Below, piece after piece: positions 8,730 to 17,956 of a stretch of DNA of 38,678 bases. How positions within the stretch are numbered: the first letter of the stretch is position 1; each line of letters opens with the position of its first letter. The DNA lies in the sequence record SRR2962707_5528; one strand, given 5' to 3'. The notes under the pieces were generated by a model. That model was not told the origin of the DNA and searched no databases. It worked only from the letters and a program-made list of their open reading frames with translations. A program made the position numbers and the translations under genes.

Positions 8730-9380
8730 ATGGGTAAGAACTGGTTTTTCGATCCCCTGAAACCCGGCAAGTACAACGTGATCATCGCCGACGTTCCGTC
8801 GCGCTTTCAGAGCTTCACGCCGTTCGAGACGGCGAAGGGTCCGAACTACCCGGTGATGTCGGATTCATGGATACGCAGCCTACCGGTGCGTCACCTGGCC
8901 GCCGCCGATTGCCTCTTCTGGATCTGGGCGACAATGCCGAAGCTACGTGATTACCTCAGCTACATGGATGCGTGGGGCGTTCACTATGTCACTGGCGGCG
9001 CCTGGTTCAAGCGAACGAAGCACGGCAACATCGCGTACACTCACGGCCATGTTGTCCAGGGCGGCGCGGAGTTGTGGCTTCTCGGTCGTGTCGGCCGTCC
9101 GATCTACGTCGACCGCCCGATCAAGGGTGTCATAGAGACGGAAGAAGACTATGACGCCGAGATCATTACCCGGATCGACGGCGACAACGCCCTGAACGGT
9201 TCGCGCCGCGAGCACTCTCGCAAGCCCGACGAGCAGTACGCCTACATCGAGAAGCTGATGGGGCCTCCCTCGCAGGATGTTCGCTGCTGCGAAATCTTCG
9301 CCCGCCAGCAGTGGCCTGGCTACGACGCCTGGGGAAACCAGGCCGATCACTTCGAACCGATGGGAGGGTCCGGAAAATGA
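8730..9380 (+). CDS. MT-A70 family adenine methyltransferase-like protein (atypical motif IV)
   Basis: YNVIIADVPS, LFWIWAT, REHSRKPDE, EIFAR...WGNQ. Confidence 0.85.
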   Translation: MGKNWFFDPLKPGKYNVIIADVPSRFQSFTPFETAKGPNYPVMSDSWIRSLPVRHLAAADCLFWIWATMPKLRDYLSYMDAWGVHYVTGGAWFKRTKHGNIAYTHGHVVQGGAELWLLGRVGRPIYVDRPIKGVIETEEDYDAEIITRIDGDNALNGSRREHSRKPDEQYAYIEKLMGPPSQDVRCCEIFARQQWPGYDAWGNQADHFEPMGGSGK

Positions 9381-9574
9381 CCTTCCCGTTTCTTCACTGC
9401 GCAGTCTGCCCCCGCGCCCACCGCGAAGATACCGGCGACCAGAAACCTCGCGCTGCGATCGCGTGCCCGGTGCGCACGTCGCAGGGTCTTTGGGGCTGGC
9501 CGTGCACGCCTTCACAGGCGGACTTCATGCCGCCCACCGGAGAAGAGGAGCTCGTTCATGTCCGCAACGGCTAA
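9377..9574 (+). CDS. Small Cys-rich hypothetical protein
   Basis: CAVC...C...C; ATGA overlap. Confidence 0.5.
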   Translation: MTFPFLHCAVCPRAHREDTGDQKPRAAIACPVRTSQGLWGWPCTPSQADFMPPTGEEELVHVRNG

Positions 9575-10328
9575 CAAAGCGACGCCGCCGCGCAACCATC
9601 GTCGCGCGCTGACCGCGAAGGTGCATATTGCCAAGAAGGAGCTGAAGCTCGACGACGATACCTATCGGGCCATGATCCAGAACCGCTACGGCAAGCCTTC
9701 TTCGAAGGATCTCTCGATCGCTCAGCTCGTCGATCTGGTCGAACATCTGAAGGATCAGGGTTTCAAGCCGAAGCCCCCGCGGACGCCCGGCAATGTGATG
9801 CCGGCCGAGGATCGCGAAAAGCTGATCCGCAAGATCCGCGCGCTCTGGGTTTCATTGCATCATCTCGGTGTTCTCAGAGACGCCTCAGACACCGCTCTCG
9901 CGTCGCTCGCAAAGCGTGTGACGGGCGGCAAGCTGAAGGGGATCGACAACATCGCATGGCTCGACGGCGATGCGGCCTACAAAGTGATCGAAGCGCTCAA
10001 GAAGATGGCCGAACGGGACGGCGGCGTTTGCTGGGAGGCCTACACGTTCGGCTCGGTCAACGGCCCGTACACGGTCTACCTGCCGCGCTGCCGTGTACTC
10101 GAAGCGCAATGGCGGACCATGGCGGAGTTGAAGCTGGCGCGGATCTCGGACACCGACGCACTCGCCGCCTACGCAAGGCGCGTCGCCAAGGACGGTGCGT
10201 ACAAGACGCTCTCGCAGATGCGCGAAGCGGATCAGGACCTTGTGATCGCCAACCTCGGCGGTCAAATCCGGACGCAGCTCATTTCGCTTGGCTTCGAAAC
10301 CGTGCAGGCATGGAGGAAGGCTCAATGA
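9558..10328 (+). CDS. gemA: GemA/gp16-family regulatory protein
   Basis: AKVHIAKKELKLDDDTYRAM...GKPSSKDL...GFKP...KIRALW...VIEALK. Confidence 0.9.
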   Translation: MSATANKATPPRNHRRALTAKVHIAKKELKLDDDTYRAMIQNRYGKPSSKDLSIAQLVDLVEHLKDQGFKPKPPRTPGNVMPAEDREKLIRKIRALWVSLHHLGVLRDASDTALASLAKRVTGGKLKGIDNIAWLDGDAAYKVIEALKKMAERDGGVCWEAYTFGSVNGPYTVYLPRCRVLEAQWRTMAELKLARISDTDALAAYARRVAKDGAYKTLSQMREADQDLVIANLGGQIRTQLISLGFETVQAWRKAQ

Positions 10329-10618
10329 CCGCTGCGATCCACCGCCGCGAATTCGTCATGCATCGCCTCGCCTGCACGCTGCATTGCCGCAACCGCGCGG
10401 CCGAGCGCGCGCTTCCGCTGACGCTTGACGAGATCGAAATACTGAGCCGGCGGATCGATCAATGCCGGCCGGCGTTCGAACGGCCGGGCCAGACCCGTTA
10501 CCGGCTCGGCGTTCACCGCGGCAACGGCGACCGCTTCCGCGTGATCTATGACACGCAGCTGCAGACTGTTGTCACCGTGCAAATCGGCAGGCTTAGAGCG
10601 TTCGAGGAGAGCATTTGA
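10325..10618 (+). CDS. Hypothetical protein
   Basis: ATGA-coupled; HCRNRAAER...VIYD...VVTV. Confidence 0.6.
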   Translation: MTAAIHRREFVMHRLACTLHCRNRAAERALPLTLDEIEILSRRIDQCRPAFERPGQTRYRLGVHRGNGDRFRVIYDTQLQTVVTVQIGRLRAFEESI

Positions 10619-10944
10619 TGGCGACCGTCTGTACATGGCCAGAAAAGGACCCGGCCTTACTGGTACCGATGCTTCCATGCGTGTTCGATGACTGGGATGT
10701 TATTCCAGCCTGCCCGTGGTGCGGCAGCTTCGGTACCGAGGACGATGACAACATGTTCGACCCGGCGGCGGCGCGAGCTTGTGCGTCATGCCATCGCCTT
10801 TACGAGGTCGAACCGTACGGATACGAAAAGATCCGCATCATGGGTGCGCGCTCGGAAACCGATCTCCGCTTCATGACTTTCTATTCACTAAGCGAAGACA
10901 TCGTGAACGCCGTTCATCTCGGGCTGGCAGACGGCATTAGATGA
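10618..10944 (+). CDS. Hypothetical Zn-finger protein
   Basis: CPWC...CASC; GAGGAG RBS. Confidence 0.6.
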   Translation: MATVCTWPEKDPALLVPMLPCVFDDWDVIPACPWCGSFGTEDDDNMFDPAAARACASCHRLYEVEPYGYEKIRIMGARSETDLRFMTFYSLSEDIVNAVHLGLADGIR

Positions 10945-11303
10945 GCAAACACCTCCCTCACGGATTGCGCGTGATCTACGAGGCGGCCGGTATCGACGCC
11001 GCCTTGAGGATCTCGTTCGAGCGTGGGGGATCTCGGCTGTCCATTCCGCAAAAAGCCGAAGGTTCTATCCTTGAAGGACTCGTCGGCATTGACGACGCGC
11101 GCAAGATCGTGAAGAACTTGTCGGGCGAGCGCATCGAGATTCCGGTCGCGAACCGCCTCGTCAACGACTGGCTCCGTGAGAACACGGACTGGTCGCAGGA
11201 GACGCGAGCAACGAAGCTTCGCGTCGGCCGCCGCACCGTCCAGCGCTGGGACGGTGATAACAGCCCATCCATGCAGCGCGATCTTTTCGAAAACGCATCA
11301 TAG
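10941..11303 (+). CDS. Mor/C-like late transcription activator
   Basis: GIDAALRI...GGSRLSIP and C-terminal HTH (ATKLRVGRRTVQRW); last gene before lysis. Confidence 0.75.
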   Translation: MSKHLPHGLRVIYEAAGIDAALRISFERGGSRLSIPQKAEGSILEGLVGIDDARKIVKNLSGERIEIPVANRLVNDWLRENTDWSQETRATKLRVGRRTVQRWDGDNSPSMQRDLFENAS

Positions 11304-11309
11304 CCACAC

Positions 11310-11356
11310 GGGCGTCACATGACGCCCTGATATCGTCATGCACGCGAGAGCATCAT
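11310..11356 (+). promoter_or_regulatory. Putative late promoter (lysis/packaging operon)
   Basis: Palindrome GGGCGTCACATGACGCCC (11310-11327) and -10-like CATCAT (11351-11356); twin at 19700. Confidence 0.75.
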
Positions 11357-11362
11357 GGCGGC

Positions 11363-11983
11363 ATGGTTGAGCACAGCCAAACCTCGTCGTCCCGGAGCCC
11401 CGGCGGACCAAAACCCGCCGGGGCCTCTGCCGTGCGCGACATGGCGATCGACTTCGCAATGGCGCATGAAGGCGGGCTGGTCGATCATCCGTCCGACCCG
11501 GGCGGCATTACCAACTACGGCGTGTCGCTCCGATATGCCCGAAGCAAGGGCGTGATCCGGGGCGTGCATGCGGCGATCCTGCTCAACTTTGATCTCGACG
11601 GCGACGGCGACATCGATGCCGACGACATCCGCAAACTGACCCCGGAAAAGGCGCGTATCGTCTACGCCGATTTCTGGAACCGTTTCGCGTTCGACGGCGT
11701 ACGGGACCGTTTCGTCGCCACCAAGTTTTTCGATCTGACTTTGCCGATGGGATACGGCGGCGCCAGTCGCGTCGTGCAGCGCGCCATGCGTGCCTGTCGG
11801 TTCGACCTGGTCGAGGACGGATACGTCGGGCCCGTGTCCCGCCGTGTCATCAACCAGGCGAGCGAATGGAATACCGCCGCGACGGTAGCAGCGATCTGCG
11901 CCGAGGCGGCGGGTTACTTCCGGGATCTCGACGCCCCGGACTTCGAGGAAGGTTGGCTCAACCGGGCCTACCACTGGCCATGA
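11363..11983 (+). CDS. Endolysin, glycoside hydrolase family 108
   Basis: HEGGLVDHPSDPGGITNYGV; DGYVGP; FEEGWLNRA; start may be 11441. Confidence 0.9.
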   Translation: MVEHSQTSSSRSPGGPKPAGASAVRDMAIDFAMAHEGGLVDHPSDPGGITNYGVSLRYARSKGVIRGVHAAILLNFDLDGDGDIDADDIRKLTPEKARIVYADFWNRFAFDGVRDRFVATKFFDLTLPMGYGGASRVVQRAMRACRFDLVEDGYVGPVSRRVINQASEWNTAATVAAICAEAAGYFRDLDAPDFEEGWLNRAYHWP

Positions 11984-11994
11984 GGAGAAACGTT

Positions 11995-12381
11995 ATGCGT
12001 ACGATTAAGACGACTTTAGTGGCGGTGCTGGCCGTCATTGCCGTCACCGCCCTTGGCGGCTGTGCCGGCGCGGTGTTCGGCAACCCGCAGGGGAATGCCG
12101 GCATCACTCACGCCGAAGTGAAGGTCTGCGAGACCGACGCCGGCACACCTTTTGTCTGCGGCGCCGAGATCGTCGACGGCAAGGAGAAGCAGAACGTCAA
12201 GCTGACGGTCGAGCATCCGAGCGGTTGGAACGTGCGCTACGCGGCTGCCGGCGTGACGGCGTTCGAGGGTCAGAAAATCCGAGGCGTCGTCGAGGAAGCT
12301 GTCTCCGACGACGTGAAGGCAGCCACGCCTGGAATTGTCGATAAGATTACCGCGGCTCTGGTGAAGCTGCTGGTACCCTGA
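11995..12381 (+). CDS. Lipoprotein in lysis cassette (spanin-like candidate)
   Basis: Signal peptide with lipobox LGGC; GAGGAG RBS. Confidence 0.75.
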   Translation: MRTIKTTLVAVLAVIAVTALGGCAGAVFGNPQGNAGITHAEVKVCETDAGTPFVCGAEIVDGKEKQNVKLTVEHPSGWNVRYAAAGVTAFEGQKIRGVVEEAVSDDVKAATPGIVDKITAALVKLLVP

Positions 12382-12391
12382 CGAGGTTCCG

Positions 12392-13234
12392 GTGGATTTC
12401 TTCGGTCTCAGTGACGCGTCCAGGAACGCGGTGACCGGCGGGCGACGTGATTGTCCGCCGGTTGTTGCCGATCTCGTCTACCAGCGATTGTCAGCGATTG
12501 CGTATCAAGCGGAGGAGATCGCGAAGATCGAACTCGCCCGCCACGGCTACACGATGGTCGAGCATGTTCATGACGCTGCCACGGGCGCCGATGCGATCGT
12601 GGTAGTCAACGAGGCCGAAGTCGTCATCGCCTTTCGTGGCACGCAGCGTGACTACGCCGATATCCTGACGGACCTGAAATTTCGCCAGCGCGCGTTCGTT
12701 ACATCGGCGGACGGGATCTCATGCCGGGTGCACCGCGGTTTCGCCCAGCAGTGGGCGGCGATCCGTGAACAGGTATTTCTGACCGTCAACGCGGCCGCGG
12801 CCGGCCGCCGGCGCATCGTCGCAACCGGTCATTCGCTCGGCGGTGCTCTGGCCGTGCTCTGCTCGATCAGTTGGCGCATGGTCGATCTCTGCATCACGTT
12901 CGGCGCTCCACGCGTCGGCGACGCCGGCGTCGGCCGAGCCATGGAACTATCGCCCGCAAGCCATCGCCGGTACGTCTTCGGTGCCGACGTGGTCCCGGCC
13001 GTTCCGCTGCTGACGATGAACTACCGGCACGACGGCCGCCCGGTCTACCTGACCCGAAAGGGGCGCGCGATCCGTGCCTGTCCGATGTGGCGTGAAGTTG
13101 TCGGCCGATTCCGGTCACTGCTGACGCTCCGATGGTCGAAAGGCTGGGCACTGTGTCCGATTCCGTCACGGATGTTCACGGATCATCGGATCGGCGAGTA
13201 CGGCGCCGCGATCCAGCGGAGCTCGTGGCGATGA
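12392..13234 (+). CDS. Class 3 lipase / alpha-beta hydrolase
   Basis: VIAFRGT, VHRGF, TGHSLGGALA, TFGAPRVG, DVVPAVP, DH. Confidence 0.9.
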   Translation: MDFFGLSDASRNAVTGGRRDCPPVVADLVYQRLSAIAYQAEEIAKIELARHGYTMVEHVHDAATGADAIVVVNEAEVVIAFRGTQRDYADILTDLKFRQRAFVTSADGISCRVHRGFAQQWAAIREQVFLTVNAAAAGRRRIVATGHSLGGALAVLCSISWRMVDLCITFGAPRVGDAGVGRAMELSPASHRRYVFGADVVPAVPLLTMNYRHDGRPVYLTRKGRAIRACPMWREVVGRFRSLLTLRWSKGWALCPIPSRMFTDHRIGEYGAAIQRSSWR

Positions 13235-13437
13235 CGGATCTTATCGATCGTGCCCAGGAACTTGAGCAACGCCAGCGAGACCAGGCGCTGCAAAGACGGG
13301 TGCTGCGGCCGCAAGAACGCAACGATGACGGAACATGCATCGACTGTGACGAGAAAATCCCGGCGGCGCGACTTGCCGCCAACCCGCATGCGAAGCGGTG
13401 TATCGACTGTGAAGAAGACTGGGAGAAGGCCCGATGA
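13231..13437 (+). CDS. TraR/DksA C4-type zinc finger protein
   Basis: DLIDRAQELE...CIDCDEKIPAARL...RCIDC. Confidence 0.9.
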   Translation: MTDLIDRAQELEQRQRDQALQRRVLRPQERNDDGTCIDCDEKIPAARLAANPHAKRCIDCEEDWEKAR

Positions 13438-13778
13438 GCCTCACGTTTGAACAATGGTGCATGCTGGCGATGGCTGTCTCGTCAGTTGTGATGCTGATCT
13501 GGACCATCCTCTGGTCTCGCAAGGTGCTGCGCGAGGCGCGGCAGACCAGGTTGGTCGAACGGGTATCAAAAGTTGAGTCGTCCGCGGACAAGGCGCATAG
13601 CCGTATAGATCAAGTCGACTCAAAGGTCGATGCACTCCCGACCGCGGTTCAGCTAACAAAAATCGACGGCGACATGCGCGCGCTCAGAACAGAGCTTCAG
13701 GGCGTGCGCGATCTCCTGACCGGACAGAAGGAATGGATGGAGCGGATGGACAGCTATCTGCACAGCAAGGACAAGTGA
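13434..13778 (+). CDS. Membrane-anchored coiled-coil protein (Mu gp25/DUF2730-like)
   Basis: One N-terminal TM segment plus coiled coil with LPT motif; position. Confidence 0.7.
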   Translation: MSLTFEQWCMLAMAVSSVVMLIWTILWSRKVLREARQTRLVERVSKVESSADKAHSRIDQVDSKVDALPTAVQLTKIDGDMRALRTELQGVRDLLTGQKEWMERMDSYLHSKDK

Positions 13779-13779
13779 C

Positions 13780-14076
13780 ATGAGCCAGAACTACAAGGAA
13801 CACGAGACCCAGCACCTCCGACTGACGATCCTGCGCACGCTGCACCAGGACTCGGACTACTCAATCAACGACAGCCTGCTGCGCGATGCGATCAAGGCAT
13901 TCGGTTTCTCGCCGAGCCGTGACGCGCTGCGCACCCAGCTGCGTTGGCTTGAAGAGCAGGACCTGGTCGCCATCGAGGATCTCGGCGGTGTGTTTGTCGT
14001 CACCCTCACCGAACGCGGCGCCGACGTCGCCACCGGTGCGGCGACGATCGACGGCGTCAAGCGGCCGGGACCGTGA
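13780..14076 (+). CDS. Mu gp26-like winged-helix protein
   Basis: RLTILRTL...LRWLEEQDLV...LTERGADVATG...GVKRP. Confidence 0.85.
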   Translation: MSQNYKEHETQHLRLTILRTLHQDSDYSINDSLLRDAIKAFGFSPSRDALRTQLRWLEEQDLVAIEDLGGVFVVTLTERGADVATGAATIDGVKRPGP

Positions 14077-14648
14077 CGCAGATGACCGGGAAATCCTCAA
14101 TCGACACGTTGCCTGAAGACGTCCGCACGCTACTCAATCAGCGCATCGCCGCCGGCGCTTTCACTGTCGATGCTCTGACCGAGTGGCTTGAGGAACAAGG
14201 CTACCCGCGCTCGCGTTCGGCCATCGGCCGGCACAAGCTGAAGGTCGACAAGATCTCCGAACGCCTCAAGGAATCCCGCGAGATGGCGAAGGCCCTTGCT
14301 GCCGAAGTCGGCGAAGATATGGTGTCGTCGAAACAGGGCCGGATGATTACCGAGATCTTCCGCAATATCGTCTTCGACCAGATGACGGGCCGGATGGACG
14401 ACGAGCGGGACTTCGACCCGCAGGAACTGTTCTTCCTGGCGAAGGCGATCAAGGACGTCGCCGGTGCGAACCGACTTGACCAGGACTATGAGAAGAAGGT
14501 CCGCGAGCAGATCGCCGAGGAAATCAAGAAACAGGCGGCGGATCACGCGGAAACGGCAGCGCGCACCGGTGGCGCCAGCGATGAACAGGTCGCATTCATC
14601 CGCGCGGAGATCCTCGGGATCTCCGATCAGGTCAAGAAGGAACACTGA
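14073..14648 (+). CDS. Terminase small subunit (Mu gp27/DUF3486-like)
   Basis: KSSIDTLPEDVR...SRSAIGRH; directly upstream of TerL. Confidence 0.85.
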   Translation: MTQMTGKSSIDTLPEDVRTLLNQRIAAGAFTVDALTEWLEEQGYPRSRSAIGRHKLKVDKISERLKESREMAKALAAEVGEDMVSSKQGRMITEIFRNIVFDQMTGRMDDERDFDPQELFFLAKAIKDVAGANRLDQDYEKKVREQIAEEIKKQAADHAETAARTGGASDEQVAFIRAEILGISDQVKKEH

Positions 14649-16309
14649 TGCCTGACACGCCTGAGGTCAGGGTGCTTTCCGACGTCCCTCTCGAAGGCAA
14701 AGAGGAGAAGGCGGCGTTCGATCTGGTCGAGGATATCCAGGCGGAGCGGGAAACCCGAAAGCTGAAACCCGCCGACGTGCCGCATGTGCTCCTCGGGTAC
14801 CAGAAGGCGTGGCATGAAGATGACGCGGACGTTCGTTTCGCAAGGAAGTCCCGGCGCATCGGTTTTACCTGGGGCGGCATGGCGGCCGAATCCGTGGTCG
14901 AGGCGATGCCGGCGACGGGCGGCATGGATCAACACTACATGGGCTACAACCAGGGCATGGCTGCCGAGTACATCGGAGACTGTGCCTTCTTCGCCCGCGC
15001 CTTCAACGCCGCGATCCGCGAACGAAGCGTCTGGCGGACGCAGTTGCTGATCGATAAGGAACGGCGCGACATCATGCGCTACAAGATCCAGCTGGCCTCC
15101 GGACAGAAGATCGAGTCCCATTCGTCCAATCCGCACAACTGGCGGGGCCGCAAAGGTCACGCGCGGATCGACGAGGCGGCCTTCCACAAGGATCTCAAGG
15201 AAGTGATGAAAGGCGCGATGGCGTTCCTGATGTGGGGCGGCCGCGTCGATGTCGTATCGACGATGAACGGGGAGGACAATGACTTCACCGAGATCTGCCG
15301 CGACATCGAGGAAGGGAAGTTCCCTCGCTACAGCCTTCATACCGTCACGTTCAAGGATGCACTGGCGGCCGGGTTTTATAAGCGCGTCTGCCTTGTGCAG
15401 GGGAAGGATTGGTCTCCGGCTGAAGAGACGGATTATGAAGAGACGATCCGTTCATCGTATGTCAGTGCCGAGGACGCAGCCGAGGAACTGGACTGTGTGC
15501 CGAAGCGTGGCAGCGGCGCGTACTTCACGCGCCTGCTGATCGAGAAATGCCAGAAGGACGGCATCCCCATCTTGCGTTATCGGAAACCGGCGGACTTCGT
15601 TCTCGCCAACGACCGCCTTCAGGTCACGCAGGAGTGGATCGATACGCAGCTGAAGCCGATCATTGACAGCATGTCGACCGAGCAACGTTCCGTGTTCGGC
15701 CAGGACTTCGGCCGCACCGGTGACTTGTCTGTCGTCTGGCCGCTTCAGGAGGTCACCCCTCAGCTTTGGGCGACGCCGTTCCTGCTGGAAATGCGCAATA
15801 TTCCCTTCGACTGTCAGGAACTGATCGTCGCTTATATCGGCGACAACCTGCCACTGTTCCACCATGCCAAATTCGACGCCCGCGGCAACGGTCAGTCCAT
15901 TGCCGAGAAGATGATGCAGCGCTGGGGCCAGCAGCGCGTTGAATGTGTCATGGCGAGCGCGTCGTCGTATGCAGAGAACTTCCCCCGGTACAAACAGGCA
16001 TACGAAGGCGGCAACATCGTCGTGCCGAAATCCGAGGACATCATCGCGGATCACCGGAGCGTCGTCCTAGTCAAGGGCAACCCGACCATGTCGCCGCACC
16101 GTACAAAAGGGTCGGACGGTTTATTCCGGCACGGTGACACCGCCGTTGCCGGCATGCATGCCTGGGCGGCGGCGCGCACCGAAGGTCAGCCGGCGGCCGG
16201 CGAAAGCATCGACCCGAGACCGGGCGACTTCCGGGCGCAGGACCGACCGTCGATCGGCGGCCGCATGCTGTCCAAGCCCACCTTTCCGTTTCAGAGGAGA
16301 CAACCATGA
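14648..16309 (+). CDS. Terminase large subunit (Mu gp28-like)
   Basis: LLGYQKAW, KSRRIGFTW, IDEAAFH, GQDFGRTGD, HGD. Confidence 0.95.
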   Translation: MPDTPEVRVLSDVPLEGKEEKAAFDLVEDIQAERETRKLKPADVPHVLLGYQKAWHEDDADVRFARKSRRIGFTWGGMAAESVVEAMPATGGMDQHYMGYNQGMAAEYIGDCAFFARAFNAAIRERSVWRTQLLIDKERRDIMRYKIQLASGQKIESHSSNPHNWRGRKGHARIDEAAFHKDLKEVMKGAMAFLMWGGRVDVVSTMNGEDNDFTEICRDIEEGKFPRYSLHTVTFKDALAAGFYKRVCLVQGKDWSPAEETDYEETIRSSYVSAEDAAEELDCVPKRGSGAYFTRLLIEKCQKDGIPILRYRKPADFVLANDRLQVTQEWIDTQLKPIIDSMSTEQRSVFGQDFGRTGDLSVVWPLQEVTPQLWATPFLLEMRNIPFDCQELIVAYIGDNLPLFHHAKFDARGNGQSIAEKMMQRWGQQRVECVMASASSYAENFPRYKQAYEGGNIVVPKSEDIIADHRSVVLVKGNPTMSPHRTKGSDGLFRHGDTAVAGMHAWAAARTEGQPAAGESIDPRPGDFRAQDRPSIGGRMLSKPTFPFQRRQP

Positions 16310-17751
16310 GCGCCTCCATGCTACAGCGCTTTCGTGATGCCTGGCGCACCATCACCGGAGGCGGCGACGCCATGCGTGAGGCAGCCGGGATCAACGTTGA
16401 ACCGGACAGCGAGGAAGGCTGGCGCAAGCTGACCGCTGACCCAGGCAGGGAGCTCAACCCGTTAACGCAGCAACGCATGCGGGAGACGGCTGTTTACCTG
16501 GTGCGGTCCAATCCGCTCGCCAACCGCCTGATCGAACTTCCGCTCGCCTACTTGCTGGCGGAGGGCGCGTCCCTGGAGGTTGACGATGAAGACGCGCAGA
16601 CGATGCTCGATGCGTTCTGGCACGATCCCATCAACAAGATGGACATCAACCTGCCGAAGTACGCGCGTGAACTGGCAGTGTTCGGCGAGCAATGCTGGCC
16701 GGCGTTCGTGAACGAGTACAACGGACACCTGAGGCTCGGTTATCTAGATCCCGCGCTGATCGAGACCGTCGTCAAAGATCCGGACAACGCGGCGCAGCCG
16801 ATCGGCATCGTGACCAGGAAAGACAGCAAGGGTAACGCCCGGCGCTACAAGGTTATCATCAACGGACCCGAGGAAGTGTTCTCACAAAGAACGCGCGAGA
16901 TCCGCGAAACCTTCGATACCGGCGAGTGCTTCTATTTTGACATCAACGCGCTGGTGACGGACAGCCGCGGCAAGTCGGACCTTCTGCCGGTAATGGACAG
17001 CCTCGATGCCTACGACCAGGCGCTGTTCGGCGAGCTGGAACGTTGGCAGTTTCAGCGCCTGTTCATTTGGGACGTGACCCTCAAGGGTGCCACGCCGGAA
17101 GAGGTAAAACAGCGCGCGGGAGAGATCACGACGCCAAACGCCGGGAGCGTCCGTGTCCATAACGACAGCGAGGAATGGAAAGCGGAGTCGCCGGATCTGC
17201 AGGCGGGCGACTCGGATATTCTGGCGCGACTGTTCCGCAATCACATTCTCGGCGGCAACACGATCCCGGAGCACTGGTACGGCGGCGGCGGCGACGTGAA
17301 CCGCGCGACAGCTGCCGAGATGGGTGAGCCCACGATCAAGCTGCTGACCATGCGCCAGCGGACCCTGCGCTACATGCTGGAGATGGTCGGGCAATACCAG
17401 ATCTACCGCCGCCTCGACCCGACCGGCCCGTTGCCCGACCCTGCCGACTTCGACGCAGAACTGAAGCCGCGCGCCGTATTTGCGGAGATCTCCGCGAAGG
17501 ACACATCCAAGTTCGCGACGGCGTTCACACAGGTGGTTGTCGGGTGTGCCCAGGCGGTCGATGCCGGCCTGCTCACCGACGAAAGTGCTGTCGGCCTGAT
17601 CTCCGTCGTCGCCCTGCAACTCGGCTTTGAGATCGATGCCGCGGCGGAGCTCGAGCTCGTTCGCAAGGCGGCAAGCGATCGAGACGCTGAAGACACCTTG
17701 CCGCCGCTCGATCTGGAGGACGATGAAGATGAGCTCGGAGACGCCGCCTAA
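16306..17751 (+). CDS. Portal protein
   Basis: Follows TerL; NPLANRLIE, RGKSDL, IPEHW, NRATA; 481 aa. Confidence 0.8.
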   Translation: MSASMLQRFRDAWRTITGGGDAMREAAGINVEPDSEEGWRKLTADPGRELNPLTQQRMRETAVYLVRSNPLANRLIELPLAYLLAEGASLEVDDEDAQTMLDAFWHDPINKMDINLPKYARELAVFGEQCWPAFVNEYNGHLRLGYLDPALIETVVKDPDNAAQPIGIVTRKDSKGNARRYKVIINGPEEVFSQRTREIRETFDTGECFYFDINALVTDSRGKSDLLPVMDSLDAYDQALFGELERWQFQRLFIWDVTLKGATPEEVKQRAGEITTPNAGSVRVHNDSEEWKAESPDLQAGDSDILARLFRNHILGGNTIPEHWYGGGGDVNRATAAEMGEPTIKLLTMRQRTLRYMLEMVGQYQIYRRLDPTGPLPDPADFDAELKPRAVFAEISAKDTSKFATAFTQVVVGCAQAVDAGLLTDESAVGLISVVALQLGFEIDAAAELELVRKAASDRDAEDTLPPLDLEDDEDELGDAA

Positions 17752-17956
17752 AGTCGTCACGGTGCCGTCGACCGGGAGGCATACCGCCGGCGACATGTTG
17801 CAGTTGGCGGCCAAGAAAGAACTAAGGGAAGCTGTCGTTATCGGCAGGTATGAGAGCGGTGAGCTCTTCATCGATTCCAGCCGAGGCCTGACGACCGCCC
17901 AGGTCAACTGGTATCTGGATCTTTTGAAACTGAACGGTCTGGGGCTGCTCGGATGA
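17729..17956 (+). CDS. Hypothetical protein
   Basis: Fills the gap between portal and MuF; ATGA overlap with next gene. Confidence 0.55.
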   Translation: MSSETPPKVVTVPSTGRHTAGDMLQLAAKKELREAVVIGRYESGELFIDSSRGLTTAQVNWYLDLLKLNGLGLLG

